Assembly (NCBI RefSeq): GCF_018350175.1
Contig: NC_058368.1
Coordinates: 175,462,001-175,526,000, forward strand
Direction: 5' to 3'
Origin: Felis catus
Lineage: Eukaryota
DNA: 64,000 nucleotides
The notes beneath the pieces were generated by a model that was not told the origin of the DNA, did no database searches, and saw nothing but the letters and a program-made list of their open reading frames with translations. A program made the position numbers and the translations under genes. This document shows, in pieces, positions 1-12,029 of this stretch; within the stretch, counting starts at the first letter, position 1; the number at the start of each line of letters is the position of its first letter.

Positions 1-53
1 TCATGACCTGAGCCAAAGTCAGACCTTAACCAACTGAGTCATCCAGGACCTCC
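1..53 (-). mobile_element. Can-SINE 5' end, truncated by the window edge
   Basis: tcatgacctgagcc...aactgagtcatccagg is the reverse complement of the tRNA-derived head. Confidence 0.75.
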
Positions 54-559
54 ATATGGGATTTTTTGGTCTTGTTTTGTTTTATTTGTTTTTATCACAG
101 GCAAACTCTTTTTGTCCTTTCCTCCTAAGTTTTCAGTTCCACATAGGCCTTTAAAACAATGCAGGGAAAGAGACTGCATCAACAAAAAGCAGATAAAATG
201 ATCTACGTAACAGCTGATTACTACTTAATACTGAGTAGAAAATAATGGTTCTTCACGGAGAAACATTTCTAAATTATTTTCAGAATTCTAAATCTCTCAC
301 TTGTTGACTGAAAAAAAACTAATGTATCTATTAGTTAGGGGCCTGAAAAGGAGAAGAATGTTTCCTTTGATCTTTGCCCCAAAATTATCCTAAAATACTC
401 CATATTACAATTTAGAATTTGCATAACTTTTCTAACATTCTTTAGGATGAAAAGATGGCTTAAATAACCATTACTTTTAACACCGAATATAATTGTCACT
501 ATGTAAATTGTAGGTTTTTATCATAAGACAATTGGGAAATTTAGAAAAAGCCAGAAACA

Positions 560-975
560 ATTTAAATGAATTGAAGTTTAATTTAAAGCAGTTATATCAT
601 AATGAGGGATGAATAAAGTGGTGGTTTGCAGACACATTCATTAAAGGGAAACATTGGTAAATATAAATGCCTGCAATTGTATTGCTATGTCAATTTAAAT
701 TTTATGTATAAGATTAATTTAAAAGAATACAGAATAAGTACTAATTCACCCTTGAAAAACACTTGCATAACGCTTGCGTGCATACAACCATATTTAATTA
801 ATTTGTAAACAAATACTATTAATTTATAAAGAAGGTAGTTTTTCTATTCAAATATTAAAGTCCCAATACCAACAAAACACACCAAAATTAACATATAATT
901 ATGATTCAATTTAAAGTTCCATCTTTAAACTCTTCACAGTCTTCTTTGGTAAACGGATCCAAAGATAGGTTAATC
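560..975 (-). other. C5orf47: Probable non-coding terminal exon (3'UTR) of C5orf47; 3' end uncertain
   Basis: Acceptor cttttgtcatcttttatttag at 976-977; AT-rich sequence with ATTAAA candidates at 793-798 and 577-582. Confidence 0.5.
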
Positions 976-2167
976 CTAAATAAAAGATGACAAAAGTGAT
1001 TCTTGTTACTATAAAACGGTTAATAGTCACTAAAATATTTTAACTTTTCTAACATTGCAAAGCAACAGTTAGCCATTCTCTGTATTCACTGTTTTGGTAA
1101 CTTTTACTTCCAGATTTTTCTTCTCCATTCCAGCACCGGCCAATAATATTGACGACTTCAACAGCCCCATTTACAGAAACTGTGTCACAAAAACTGTGTC
1201 ACAAAGGCCTTAATCTCCAGGCCACTTCAAGGCACTCACAAGCCAGGGTACTGCTTGGGCAATGTCATCATTTGGCACTTGTGCCTTACTTCTAGGAACT
1301 CTGACATTGTTCCTAGTTGATTTATTTCTACACTCCTACTTTTTGTACCCCTACATTCTCACTGAACAAGGCCATTGCCCTCCTTTGGACTGCTGAGCCC
1401 CTGGTCTCCTGTAAGCTTCATCCGTATCCCCCACCACCCCACCATCACTTCTCATTACTCCTGATTAAGCACCCAGAATCACTCTTTGAAACTGAGAACT
1501 GCTCTTCATCCTAGACATCACCGACATTCTGTTCTCCTCCTCTCCTCGCCTCCCATCCTCACACTGAGGTTTTCGTGCACATCCACTGCCAGAACTACCT
1601 ACGACCTTCACGCACCATAGACTGCACACTAGCCTCAGTTTGAAACTTCAAGCTGCTCGCTTGGAATTTCTACCTGAACACCTCACTATCACCTAAAATT
1701 CAACAGGCCAAAATGAAACTCAGTAGCTTCACAAAATCGGTTCTTTCTCTTGACTTCCTTCTTTCTTATCTCCTCATTCTCAGAACTCAAGATGATCTCT
1801 CTTATCTCCTATGGCCAATCCTTTGTCTCCCCTCCACAAACTCTGCCACTTCCATTTAAGTGCATTTCACTCACTTGGACTGCTGTTAGAATCCTTGGAT
1901 TTTCATTTCCTATCTTGCCTCCATTCCAAACCGTTAGTAACATCAGATCTGATGTAAATGCAGATCTGATCAATCCACTGCTCTAAAATGTTCTATACTG
2001 GTGATGTTTGAGGTATTTGCATAGTCTTTTATTAAGTTTCCACAAAATACTTATTAATTACAAAAGGAAACATAAATTTCCTGAATTTGATCATTGTTGG
2101 GTGGCTTTATGAAAGATATCTTTGTTCTTAGGATGTACACACTAAAGTATTAAGGGGTAATATTTTA

Positions 2168-2227
2168 TTTATTTTTTTTAATGTTTATTTATTTTGAGAG
2201 AGAGAGAAAGAGCATGAGCAGGGGCGG

Positions 2228-2263
<36 letters not shown>

Positions 2264-2398
2264 CTGAGAGAGAATCCCTAGCAGGCTTCATGCTATCAGT
2301 GCAGAGCCCAACATTGGGGCTCGATTCCACGAACCATGAGATCGCGACCTGAGCCAAAATCAAGAGTCAGACACTTAACCAACTGAGCCAGGTACCCC
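2168..2398 (-). mobile_element. Can-SINE
   Basis: tRNA head, (CT)n and A-tail; TSD aaggggtaatatttta at 2152-2167 and 2399-2414; inserted in an old L1 3' relic (about 1990-2580). Confidence 0.92.
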
Positions 2399-3604
2399 AA
2401 GGGGTAATATTTTAAACACACATACATACACACAGACAAAGAGAGAAAGTGCCTACGAATGAACCTGCAAATGTGACAAAATGTTAAAAATCAGTGAAGT
2501 TAGGTAAAGGTTGTGCTGGAGTTCTTTGAATTTTTCTTGAAAACTTCCTGTACTTTTGAAATCATTTAGAATAAAGGTTAAGAAAATGTTTCATGTTGCT
2601 TTACTGTTTACTTAACTGAGTACAAATCCTTGGTCCAGTGCTCACATAGGACCCTTTGAAATACAGTCTCAGTGGACTTTTATACCTTCCCTCACAAGGA
2701 CTCCATAAACGAGCTTTGATCAAACTACATATTCCTGGACGTTTTCTTGGACTCCGTGAACTTGCTCACGTCCATGTCTAAAATATATTTCCCTCCCCCA
2801 CCTTCCCATGTACAAAAGTCTGATTTCTTTTTTCCAACACCCATCTTACTTTTCTAGTACTTTCCAAACCCCACTAAACTGGTGTCATCTCTCCCTAGAA
2901 ATTTAATGAGCCCAGGGAATTAGCAAATCAAGACACAACTGAAATAAATGGAGGAGAGATGATGCGTTTGATTTAAAACATGTAATATTTTAAAATAACT
3001 GTAGAATAGCCTGAAGAAATTCAGAGGTCAAAGGCAGAAGAGAGATTTAGGGGTCATACATCAAGAAAGAGTAATTGAAGCTATAAAATGGGTAAATTAT
3101 TTCAGAATAAATATGTAAAGAGAGAGTTGACCCAACAACTACTCCTAGGGTAGCGTTGGATATCAAGTGGTAACAGAAGGGACAAATTAAAAAATACACA
3201 GAAAATACAGTCAGAAAGGCAGAAAGTGAACCATGTCATAGTTCCCAGGACACTAAAAAAGAAAGACTGAAAGTAGCAGTGAGATAATATTAAATGTGAA
3301 AAGTTCAAAGAGAAAATAGAACTAAGAGATATTAACAAACAGAAACACACAAAAAAACCAAAAACCGTGGACCATGGAAAGAGTAGTTACAATAGCACTG
3401 TTAAGACAGGGCCCAAATGAAGCTTGTTAAATTTCAACAAATATTTAATGAGGCCTTACTGGGTTTAAGGAAGGAAACAGGCTGGAATTAGCAATGGGTA
3501 TACACTAAAAGTTGGAGAAGTGAAGATATAAAAGGGGAGGAAACAAAGTCTATACTTTATAATTATCATATAAATGAATTCTTACCAGAAGATGATAAGA
3601 AGAT

Positions 3605-3624
3605 TCATCTTGTGTAATCTGAGT
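3605..3624 (-). CDS. C5orf47: C5orf47 exon 4 coding part (NSDYTR*; whole exon 3586-3624, 39 nt)
   Basis: ttttatgttgttcgtag|ACTCAGATTACACAAGATGA...CTG|gtaaga; gives a YTR* C-terminus, as I recall for human C5orf47. Confidence 0.8.
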
Positions 3625-4564
3625 CTACGAACAACATAAAATATATGGGAAAATTCAACTTGGCCTCTAGTCCTGGTTTTCCCATTAATAAATACATATT
3701 AGGAAATAAGAGTCATAATACATTTCTAAATGTACTTCTATTAGTTTTTGTAATCTGGTTTAAAATTATAAGGCAAAATAATGAACTACAAGGATACTTG
3801 TTTATAACAGGCTATTTCTGGAAAAGCATAGCATATTACTTTAAATTACTAAATAATTCTTACAAGATTACTTGATGTTTAGTAGAAGCCCTCTTACCGA
3901 GGCACAAGAGACTGACAAGATCAAGGTTATGGCCAGAGCAAAATTAGATGTAATCTAATATGTTTATTAAAGTAACTGGATCTGGATTAACACTTGGAAC
4001 AATGTCCAGGTTTCTTGCACATTGTTCTGCCTATTCAAACATCTTTTTCTCCCAATAAATCACGAACTACTTTTTCTTCCTAATCCCCCCATCTGCCTCA
4101 TTCTTCTCCTTAATTGAACAAATAAAACCGAGTATCACTAATCTGAACATTGTTTACATGCCACTATAGCAAACAACTTATGCTATTATTGACGCAATAT
4201 TACACTAACAGTCATGAGTTTCCAGTGTAACATTGCTTACAAAATGGCATTCTGTCCTAATTATTATCTTATGAAAATATTCTTCACAAAATTAAATTCT
4301 GCAGATTTACTGACTGTCAAAATAGAAGTTGTCATCGAGTGACTGTAGTAAGAGCCTACAGAAGCATTCAGCATGGTAACATGTGTATTAGGACAAGCAT
4401 GTGAAGGAAAGGAAACAACTATTATGATTTATCAATTGATGTGGCATTATCAGTTACATAAATTGTATCCAACTTAATTGTTTGAGAATCCAGAATTTCC
4501 AGTGACTTTAATAAATATACTAGATCACATCTAATTTTTCTCCGGCCACAATATCAACTCATTA

Positions 4565-4730
4565 TTTTTTTAATATGAAATTTATTGCCAAATTGGTTTC
4601 CATACAACACCCAGCGCTCATCCCAACAGGTGCCCTCCTCAATGCCCGTCACCCACCCTCCTTTCCCTCCCACCCCCCATCAACCCTCAGTTTATTCTCA
4701 GTTTTTAAGAGTCTCTTATGGTTTGCCTCC
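4565..4730 (-). mobile_element. 5'-truncated carnivore/felid L1 3' end
   Basis: Poly-T followed by aatatgaaatttattgccaaattggtttccatacaacacccag..., resembling the felid L1 3' terminus. Confidence 0.7.
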
Positions 4731-4971
4731 TTGTTGATGGAGCTTTAGAACATAGGTTAATTTATGAGTTGTTTCCCAGGAATGAAATAATGACATCAAG
4801 GCCATAATTCAAGAGCAGTTTTGTCAAAAGCATTAAATTATACTGCAGCATCCATGGAAAGGAAGTGACTATAAGAAGTGACACAGGATGTGTAATTTTA
4901 TATTGCAGTTAAAATGTTTGTCTTCATCAATATGGATGAGTTTTGTAATCTCTATTAAAAAGCTGCCATTA

Positions 4972-5193
4972 GGGGCGCCTGGGTGGCTCAGTCGGTTAAG
5001 CCTCCGACTTCAGCTCAGGTCACGATCTCACGGTCCATGAGTTTGAGCCCCGCGTCGGGCTCTGGGCTGATGGCTCAGAGCCTGGAGCCTGCTTCCGATT
5101 CTGTGTCTCCCTCTCTCTCTGCCCCTCCCCCGTTCATGCTCTGTCTCTCTCTGTCTCAAAAATAAATAAACGTTAAAAAAAAAAAATTTTTTT
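4972..5193 (+). mobile_element. Can-SINE (SINEC_Fc-like)
   Basis: GGGGCGCCTGGGTGGCTCAGTCGGTTAAG head; TSD aaagctgccatta at 4959-4971 and 5194-5206. Confidence 0.95.
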
Positions 5194-5483
5194 AAAGCTG
5201 CCATTAAATCACAAGCAAGTGTGGTCCTTTCGCTCAGTAAATTCTCATCAACATTTACCTTCTGCTCTTCTCTACTCACACCTACATCGGCGGTCTAGTC
5301 TATAACTCAGTGCTTTAACATTGTTTGTGCTTTTGAATTACGTTGAATAGTTGTAGCCTCATTTCTACAGTTCTGCACATCGCATGTGACAATTAGGAAA
5401 CCTACTAGACTAATGTGACCCAAGGGTGACTAACCTGTTAGGAAAGCCAGTCTTCTTTCATACAATCAACTGTGTTAACTTGC

Positions 5484-5583
5484 TTTCACTGGATAGTTGT
5501 TGGTATTTCAGCCTGAGTCTGTATTTTTCATTTTCTTCAAGCATTTTAGAAATGACTTTGTATACTTTATTCCATACGCGAAC
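5484..5583 (-). CDS. C5orf47: C5orf47 exon 3 (100 nt; VRVWNKVYKVISKMLEENEKYRLRLKYQQLSSE)
   Basis: atttttaag acceptor; WNKVYKVISKMLEENEKYR motif; 3' boundary inferred at the GC donor GAAA|gcaagt. Confidence 0.85.
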
Positions 5584-6819
5584 CTTAAAAATATAAACAC
5601 AGTTAAGGAACACCGAGCAGAAAGGTGGAAATACATTTTGACAGAGGCAACTGGCAGTGACTGAACTGTGTTGTACCTCAACTGAAACCATGCTAAGGCA
5701 ATTCTAGCACTTACAGACCTAAAACTTAAATGTGACGGTTTTCCCATGATCAGTGATCTCTTCTGCTAATTTCCTAGCATTTCCTCTCTGTACTATTTAA
5801 ATGAGCTACCCTGGATGAAGGCAATGCCTATAAGGTCCTATCTAAATGGTTCTAACACATTCAATTTTGTTTTCAACAGTTATGAAAATACTGAATTTCT
5901 ATTCCACTGGGAAATTACTCGATTTTTAATGGGCAAGTGTTTTACATCTCATCTACTAATAGCTTCCTACACTGGATTATTAGGATTAATGAAAAATATA
6001 CGTAAAGCACGTACCCCAATGTGTGGCATATTGTAGTTACAAGTAAATATTGGCTATTGCTCTGTTCTCTTCACCCAAGAGGAATTGATTCTTGGAGGAA
6101 ATATTTCTTAGTACAGTGGGAAGATCAGGTGCACACTCAAATTACATTTGGGGTTAGTCACCTTGAATGCTGTTTTACACTATACATGGATTATAACTCA
6201 TATAAACTCAAAGCTCAGAAACAATACAATTTGACGTGTCATTATCAACTAACGATTTCTTTAAGCTGAAGTGCTTAAGATCCATGGTGGAAAACAAAGA
6301 TTCGTAGAGCTACTGATCTCGACTATGTTGAAAACACTCAAGTTGCCATGACATTTGGACAACCAGAGGTGAAAATGGTTCGGCAGTAAAGGTTCATCCT
6401 CGTTAGCTTTTCTTCTAGGAAGTAAATGTATGTCCCTTGTCTTTAAAAGAGCAATATGTCATTAATACAGATACATTATTCTTTTCTGCGAAATCCATGA
6501 TTTTCTCCTTATATTACACTACCTATCAGAGTTTGTTATATTCTGTGGAACATATATTTTTATGCTTTGAAAAATCTCCCATTATGTTTTGATTAAAATG
6601 TGTTCATATCTTCAAACACTGGAAGGACTGTTCTCTATAGTCAATAAATATTTCCAAACCCAGTTCTATTTCTGCTAAATTAATTCTATTTTCTCATTTC
6701 AGTAAATTAAATTTTCAAAAGATGGAACTGTTTTTACTGTTGAATATCTTCACACATTTGTATTTAGAGAAGTTAATCTAAAATTCAAATATTGCTCATT
6801 CTCCTTTATAATAATATAC

Positions 6820-6905
6820 CTTTTTCTTTTTCTTCATTACTTTCGAAGCTTCATTCAAAGGTATAGGGAAATCAAACTGCTTAGCTAAATTCTTCTGGGT
6901 TAAAC
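6820..6905 (-). CDS. C5orf47: C5orf47 exon 2 (86 nt; GLTQKNLAKQFDFPIPLNEASKVMKKKKK)
   Basis: ttttttttaaattag acceptor and AAG|gtatat donor; DFPIPLNEASK motif; phase 1-0. Confidence 0.9.
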
Positions 6906-7539
6906 CTAATTTAAAAAAAAGAGAGAGTGAAAGGTAAAATATCAAGGCCAGCACATATTTTAAAGGATTCACTATCCTGAGAACAAAGACAATTATAAAT
7001 GTCTCCTGAGCTCTCTTTGGGGATTTTTACACTCGTTGGTGTATTTCTGATCACAAGATGCTACCGGTTTACCAACCAGCTAATACTATGCTGGGGGAGA
7101 AAACCAAGAAAACTAGAGACAAACTCCCTTAGAAATGTCTAGAAATCCCTTAGAAATCTCCTTTCTTTTTTGATTTGAAAGGCGAGTCCCAAAAAAATCA
7201 GCAATAGAATAAACAAATACCAGAGGCCACATCTTAACCCAATGCATCTCCAAACTCTCCTTTCTTCTCCGTTCAACTCCAGACACACATTATGCTTTCA
7301 ACTATTCAAAATGCCTGGGGTTCTTCAAATGTTTTGCTCTTATCCTTCCTAGCCTTTGCACATGCTGTTCTATCTGGCTAAAACACTCTGTGTGCATGCA
7401 TGTGTACACACACACACACACCTGCCAGGCAAATTTCTACCTGCTCTTCAAGATTCAGCTCACACCGTCACCTCCTCTCTACAGTCCCCTGAACAGCACT
7501 GGCTCTAGGAACGCTTAGGTCAGAGTACTTAGCACACTT

Positions 7540-7770
7540 ATATTTTATTTTTTTTTATTTTTTTTAATGTTTTTATTTATTTTGGAGACAGAGAGAGACA
7601 GAGTATGAGCAGGGGAGGGGCAGAGAGAGAGGGAGACACAGAATGTGGAGCAGGCTCCAGGCTCTGAGCTGTCAGCACAGAGCCCAACTTGGGGCTCGAA
7701 CCCACGGACCGTGAGATCATGACCTGAGCCGAAGTTGGACGCTTAACCAACTGAGCCATCCAGGCACCCC
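7540..7770 (-). mobile_element. Can-SINE inserted in an L2 relic (about 7280-7920)
   Basis: TSD cttagcacactt at 7528-7539 and 7771-7782. Confidence 0.92.
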
Positions 7771-10700
7771 CTTAGCACACTTTTATATCACACGTTTATA
7801 ATGTGTTTCCTCCACTAGGCTGTGACCTCCCAGAGGGTAATAACTATGTGGGTCTTAGTCATCTTTCTAGCCACACTACCAGACACACAGTAGGTACTAA
7901 TAAAGGTTTGTCAGGAATGAATAAGCTTCCTCCCTCTACTCACCAGACCATGCTGCCTTCCCAAATATTAACTGTGAGAAGAAAACCCAAGGGCTTGTGT
8001 GTCCAAAGACAAAATCATAAAACACTAAGCATGTGGTCCCTGAAAGCCTTTATATTCCCCTACCCGAACACTTACCCACCTTATTCCTACCCTGCCATCA
8101 CCACTCTATACCTGGCTTTCTTCCACTCATTCAATATTTAGCTTTCCAGGAACCTTCTCTGATTTCACAAAGCACCCTACATGCTCAGTAATCATAACGT
8201 TTACCATGTTGTTTTATTCTTTATTAGAGATCCAATATCTAATACCATACACATTAGAAATGCAGTAAGCATTCCATTTGTTAGCGAATTAGAGTATGTT
8301 CTAAAATGGCATTGCCCAATTTCTTAGAAGCACACCACGAATTCCGTGTGGGGCACACACACAGCACTAAAGAACATTGACTCACACAGTGAGAAACTCA
8401 TTCTCTCCCATTCTTTTTCATTCTGATTACATCAAGGAGAAAGTTTGGAAGTAGTATGTCATTAAGACTTCCCTGAGACTTGCTCCTCTCTCTTTATGAC
8501 CACAGACCACCTTTATTAGACAAGCTATTTGGCTAGAATTTAATAATATTGTTGTTCCTTTATTAGATTGCTTTTAATTAATTTCTATTTGTGGCAAATG
8601 GTACAGGCTTGCCGCTGAGGTAATGATGTAACGTGTTCTAAAAAGAAAATTTAGTCGAGAGGGGAAAATGCACATATTAAGTAAATATATTAAGCAAATG
8701 ATAGTACAGATGAAATGCAGATAGGGCATAGGAAAAGAACTCAAGTCTGGGAAATCTCTGTTCTTCATTTACCCATATGGACCCTTCTCCCCTAAATGCC
8801 TAAGCCTTTGGAATACTATACTTGCATCATTCCAAATGTTTTCCATTTGTAAGCCTTTCCTAACCTACACATTACTCCCCGGGGTCAGGATAGGAGCCAT
8901 CAAGTCGACCTGTAATTATCGGGGCTCTAAAACGTGTCAAGGAGTATAGGGGATGCGAAAAAGAGAAAGGACGAAATCATTTCTTCTACTTGTTTTGCAT
9001 ACTTCACTGAAGGTACCTCCAGTACATACCAAAGGCTTTGTCCCAACTCGTGTTTCCAAGCTTCCTCTAGCCTTCTTTCTGCACAGTTTCTACACACTCA
9101 AAATATGTTTCTAGTTCTTCCCTCATCACTCTCCATCATGGATCCATTCCCAGGGTTATGCTCACACATTTTTCCCACATATAATTCCTTCCTAGCTCAG
9201 CAACATGTGGGACTCTCGTGGAGTTTCTGCCACTGTGAAGTCTTCCCTAATTCTCTCATCCTCAAATTACTCACCACTCTGAAAGCATTTACTTGTACCT
9301 CCACAATAGTATTTGTCATCCCCTGTGATATATCAATTATGAATACATCTCCCAAGTTCTGTGAGAACTAACTTATCAGTCTTGCCTGAAATGTTAGAAG
9401 AGTTTCCTGATTTGCCTGTCCCTGGATTTCTAAACTCCACTGCATCTTACAAACAGCCGAAGATAAAGTTGCTGATCTTCCAGAAGTGTAACTGTCTCTG
9501 ATAGCTTCACTCCACCATTCAAAAATCTTCAGTGACTATAAAATTATTGTCTCCAAGGCATTCCACAATATGGTCCAAAACTTGCTGTTCATTCATTCTA
9601 CAAATATTTAGTCCATTCTCACTATATACCACTCACTGGAATAACCACCCCCTTCCCTTCAAGCCATCTCTGTTCAGTAAGCCAACATTCACTGGTCATT
9701 TATTCCATATCAAACACTGGGCTGGGCCCTATGCATACATTACATACTGCATTTAGTCGTTATAGTGACTTATTAAGGTAGGAAGTATTATCCCCATTTT
9801 ACATATAAGGAAACTGAGGATCGGAGTGGTTAACTAACTTGGCCAATATCGCACTGCTAATAAATGACAGAGCCAAGATTATGTCTTTCTGACTTCAAAG
9901 CCAATACCCTTGATAATTTCTACCATCCCACTAGGAATTTCTCCATTCATGTCCCTTGACTTCCTGCCTTTATGCCTCTCCTTTCCCTAAACTCTCAAAG
10001 CCTTTTGATGGGGTCCATCTTACAGCATTCACGTCTACTAGCTTATATTCACATTATTCATTTAGAAGTTCCTTACGAGCGGAATATTTGTCTGATCCAT
10101 CTATGTCACGAGCACCTAATCTAGCGTCCACAGTGGGGGACACGTTCATGTTGTTGAACAAGTAATTCAGCTGGTTCCCCAAGAAGAGCTAGGCATAAGC
10201 ATTTAATAAATGTCCCTGTAATATTAATATTAAATCCACCCAAAACTGAGTATAACTTAAGCACTTTCTGGCTTGGTTTAAATATAAATCTATGCCAGGA
10301 CCTCTCTCCCTTAACTCTATTCCTGGTTGCCCAAGCACAGCAGGGGGGGCTCTGAAGTTAAGGGCTCCATCCTCTGCCCAGCTGCCTAGCACAGAAACTT
10401 CAGAGTTGGCATGAACCCTTCCTTCTCCATCTTTCCGTCAGTCATTGGTCCTGTGTGCCAGCTCCATTGCTCTGCCTTAGGTCAGGCCTTTCATCTCTGT
10501 ACTGGACCACTGTGCCCCCTACCACTGTGCTGTAGACTCCAGTGTCTCCCAGCCAACCCCATCGTAGTTCTCCTTCTTCCAGATCTGATCCTGTCACCCC
10601 TGCCACAAAGGAGCAGCAAAAATCCCAAAAGAGAAGCCAACTAGAGGAAAGACGGACACCTTAGGTCTGCACAGGGTAAAGTTACAACAGCGCAACACTG

Positions 10701-12029
10701 CTTTCATAATCATGCCTACCCAGTTACTTCTAACCGACATAGGTGGGGATCTCCAGCAGGAATTCATGTATCCCCTCCCTTCTCCCCGCCAGCTTCTTCA
10801 CCTGCTTTCAGTGTTCTTCACTTCCAATCCACTACCTTGCTGAGGGACTATTATTTGTCCTCACATTTGTGGCCCTAAAGCAATACAGGCTTTCTGTTGA
10901 ATCCATTGTATTTGTCCTGGCTTCCTGCCAAAGCTGTAGAGCTCCCCACCACCACCACCACCATACTCTTTCCTCTTCTTAGAACAGGACTTTTATTTGT
11001 TTCTATTATTCAAAGAAGCTGGAAACCCAGGGCTAAAATGTTTTATACTACCCCTGGATTTTTTAATCCCCAGCAGAAGGGCCAGGAAAAAAAAAAAACC
11101 CAAAAACAAAAACCTGAGTGCCTTTTAACAATGAGGCCATCAGACGGGATTGAAGTCCAAAATAATGACCCTGCTTAGGTATCTCTGAAGGCTTCCCACC
11201 ACAGCTCATTCTCAGGAGTCAATCAAATTATACAGAGTACCATTTTATACATCTAAATTATCACAGCAAATTTAATCTGGAAGGATACCACACAAATATA
11301 GATTATAGAATATGGATTATAGAATATACAGAATATAGATTATTCAACTTGGGCTTCAGTCTTGCCTACCTCCAATTCAATCTCCCTTATATAGATAGCA
11401 ATGGCCTAAATTAATCCAACCTCATCACTTCTCTTGTTCAAAACCTTTCAGTTTAGGATTTCAGAGTCACTGAAGACAATGGGGAAGGCGTGGTAACTGA
11501 CTTCCCAAAATTTCACCCCAAACGGCTTCACCTTTTGAAAATTCTACATAAAACCACGCCCTCAGCATTACTTGAAGACACAGAACACTGAAACTGCAAA
11601 ATAACTGGAAGTAAAATAAGAAAAATCTATTGAATCGCAGAGCTATGATCCCATGTGCTCCCCCCCCCCCCCACCCCAAGCAGGGCTTTGCAGCCAACAG
11701 GGAAGCCAAAGGAAGGCACTAGAGAAAGTGCCTGCAGGAGAGCTGGAGCAACAGAAAGACTGAATCCACCCTAAATCTGAAAACACTAAGACAAAACCCT
11801 ATGGATCATAGCACAAATTACAGGGAAGGGAGTTCAATGGTCAATTTAAAGGCCTAGACACCACATAAAGTACTAAACATGCCATTTAATGGGACTAACT
11901 CAATTTAAAAGGGCAAGCATGATTTAAAGGGACAGTCTTTCAATTGCATGGCTTCTAGGGGAGAAAAAGAACAAAAAGGAAGGATCATAAATTAGGTCAC
12001 AAAGAAAACATCGGTAGTACCCATAAAGT

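Noticed and set aside
4983..5279. Recurrent ORFs of the MAQSVK.../RQRETEHERGRGRERGRHRI type (also near 20135, 26166, 43820, 52754, 54341)
   Set aside because: Translations of Can-SINEs, not genes; the tRNA-like heads are SINE-derived, not tRNA genes.
5570..6840. PP1-docking RVxF motif in C5orf47 KKKKKVRVW
   Set aside because: Spacing does not fit [KR]-x(0,1)-[VI]-x-[FW]; at most a basic NLS-like run.
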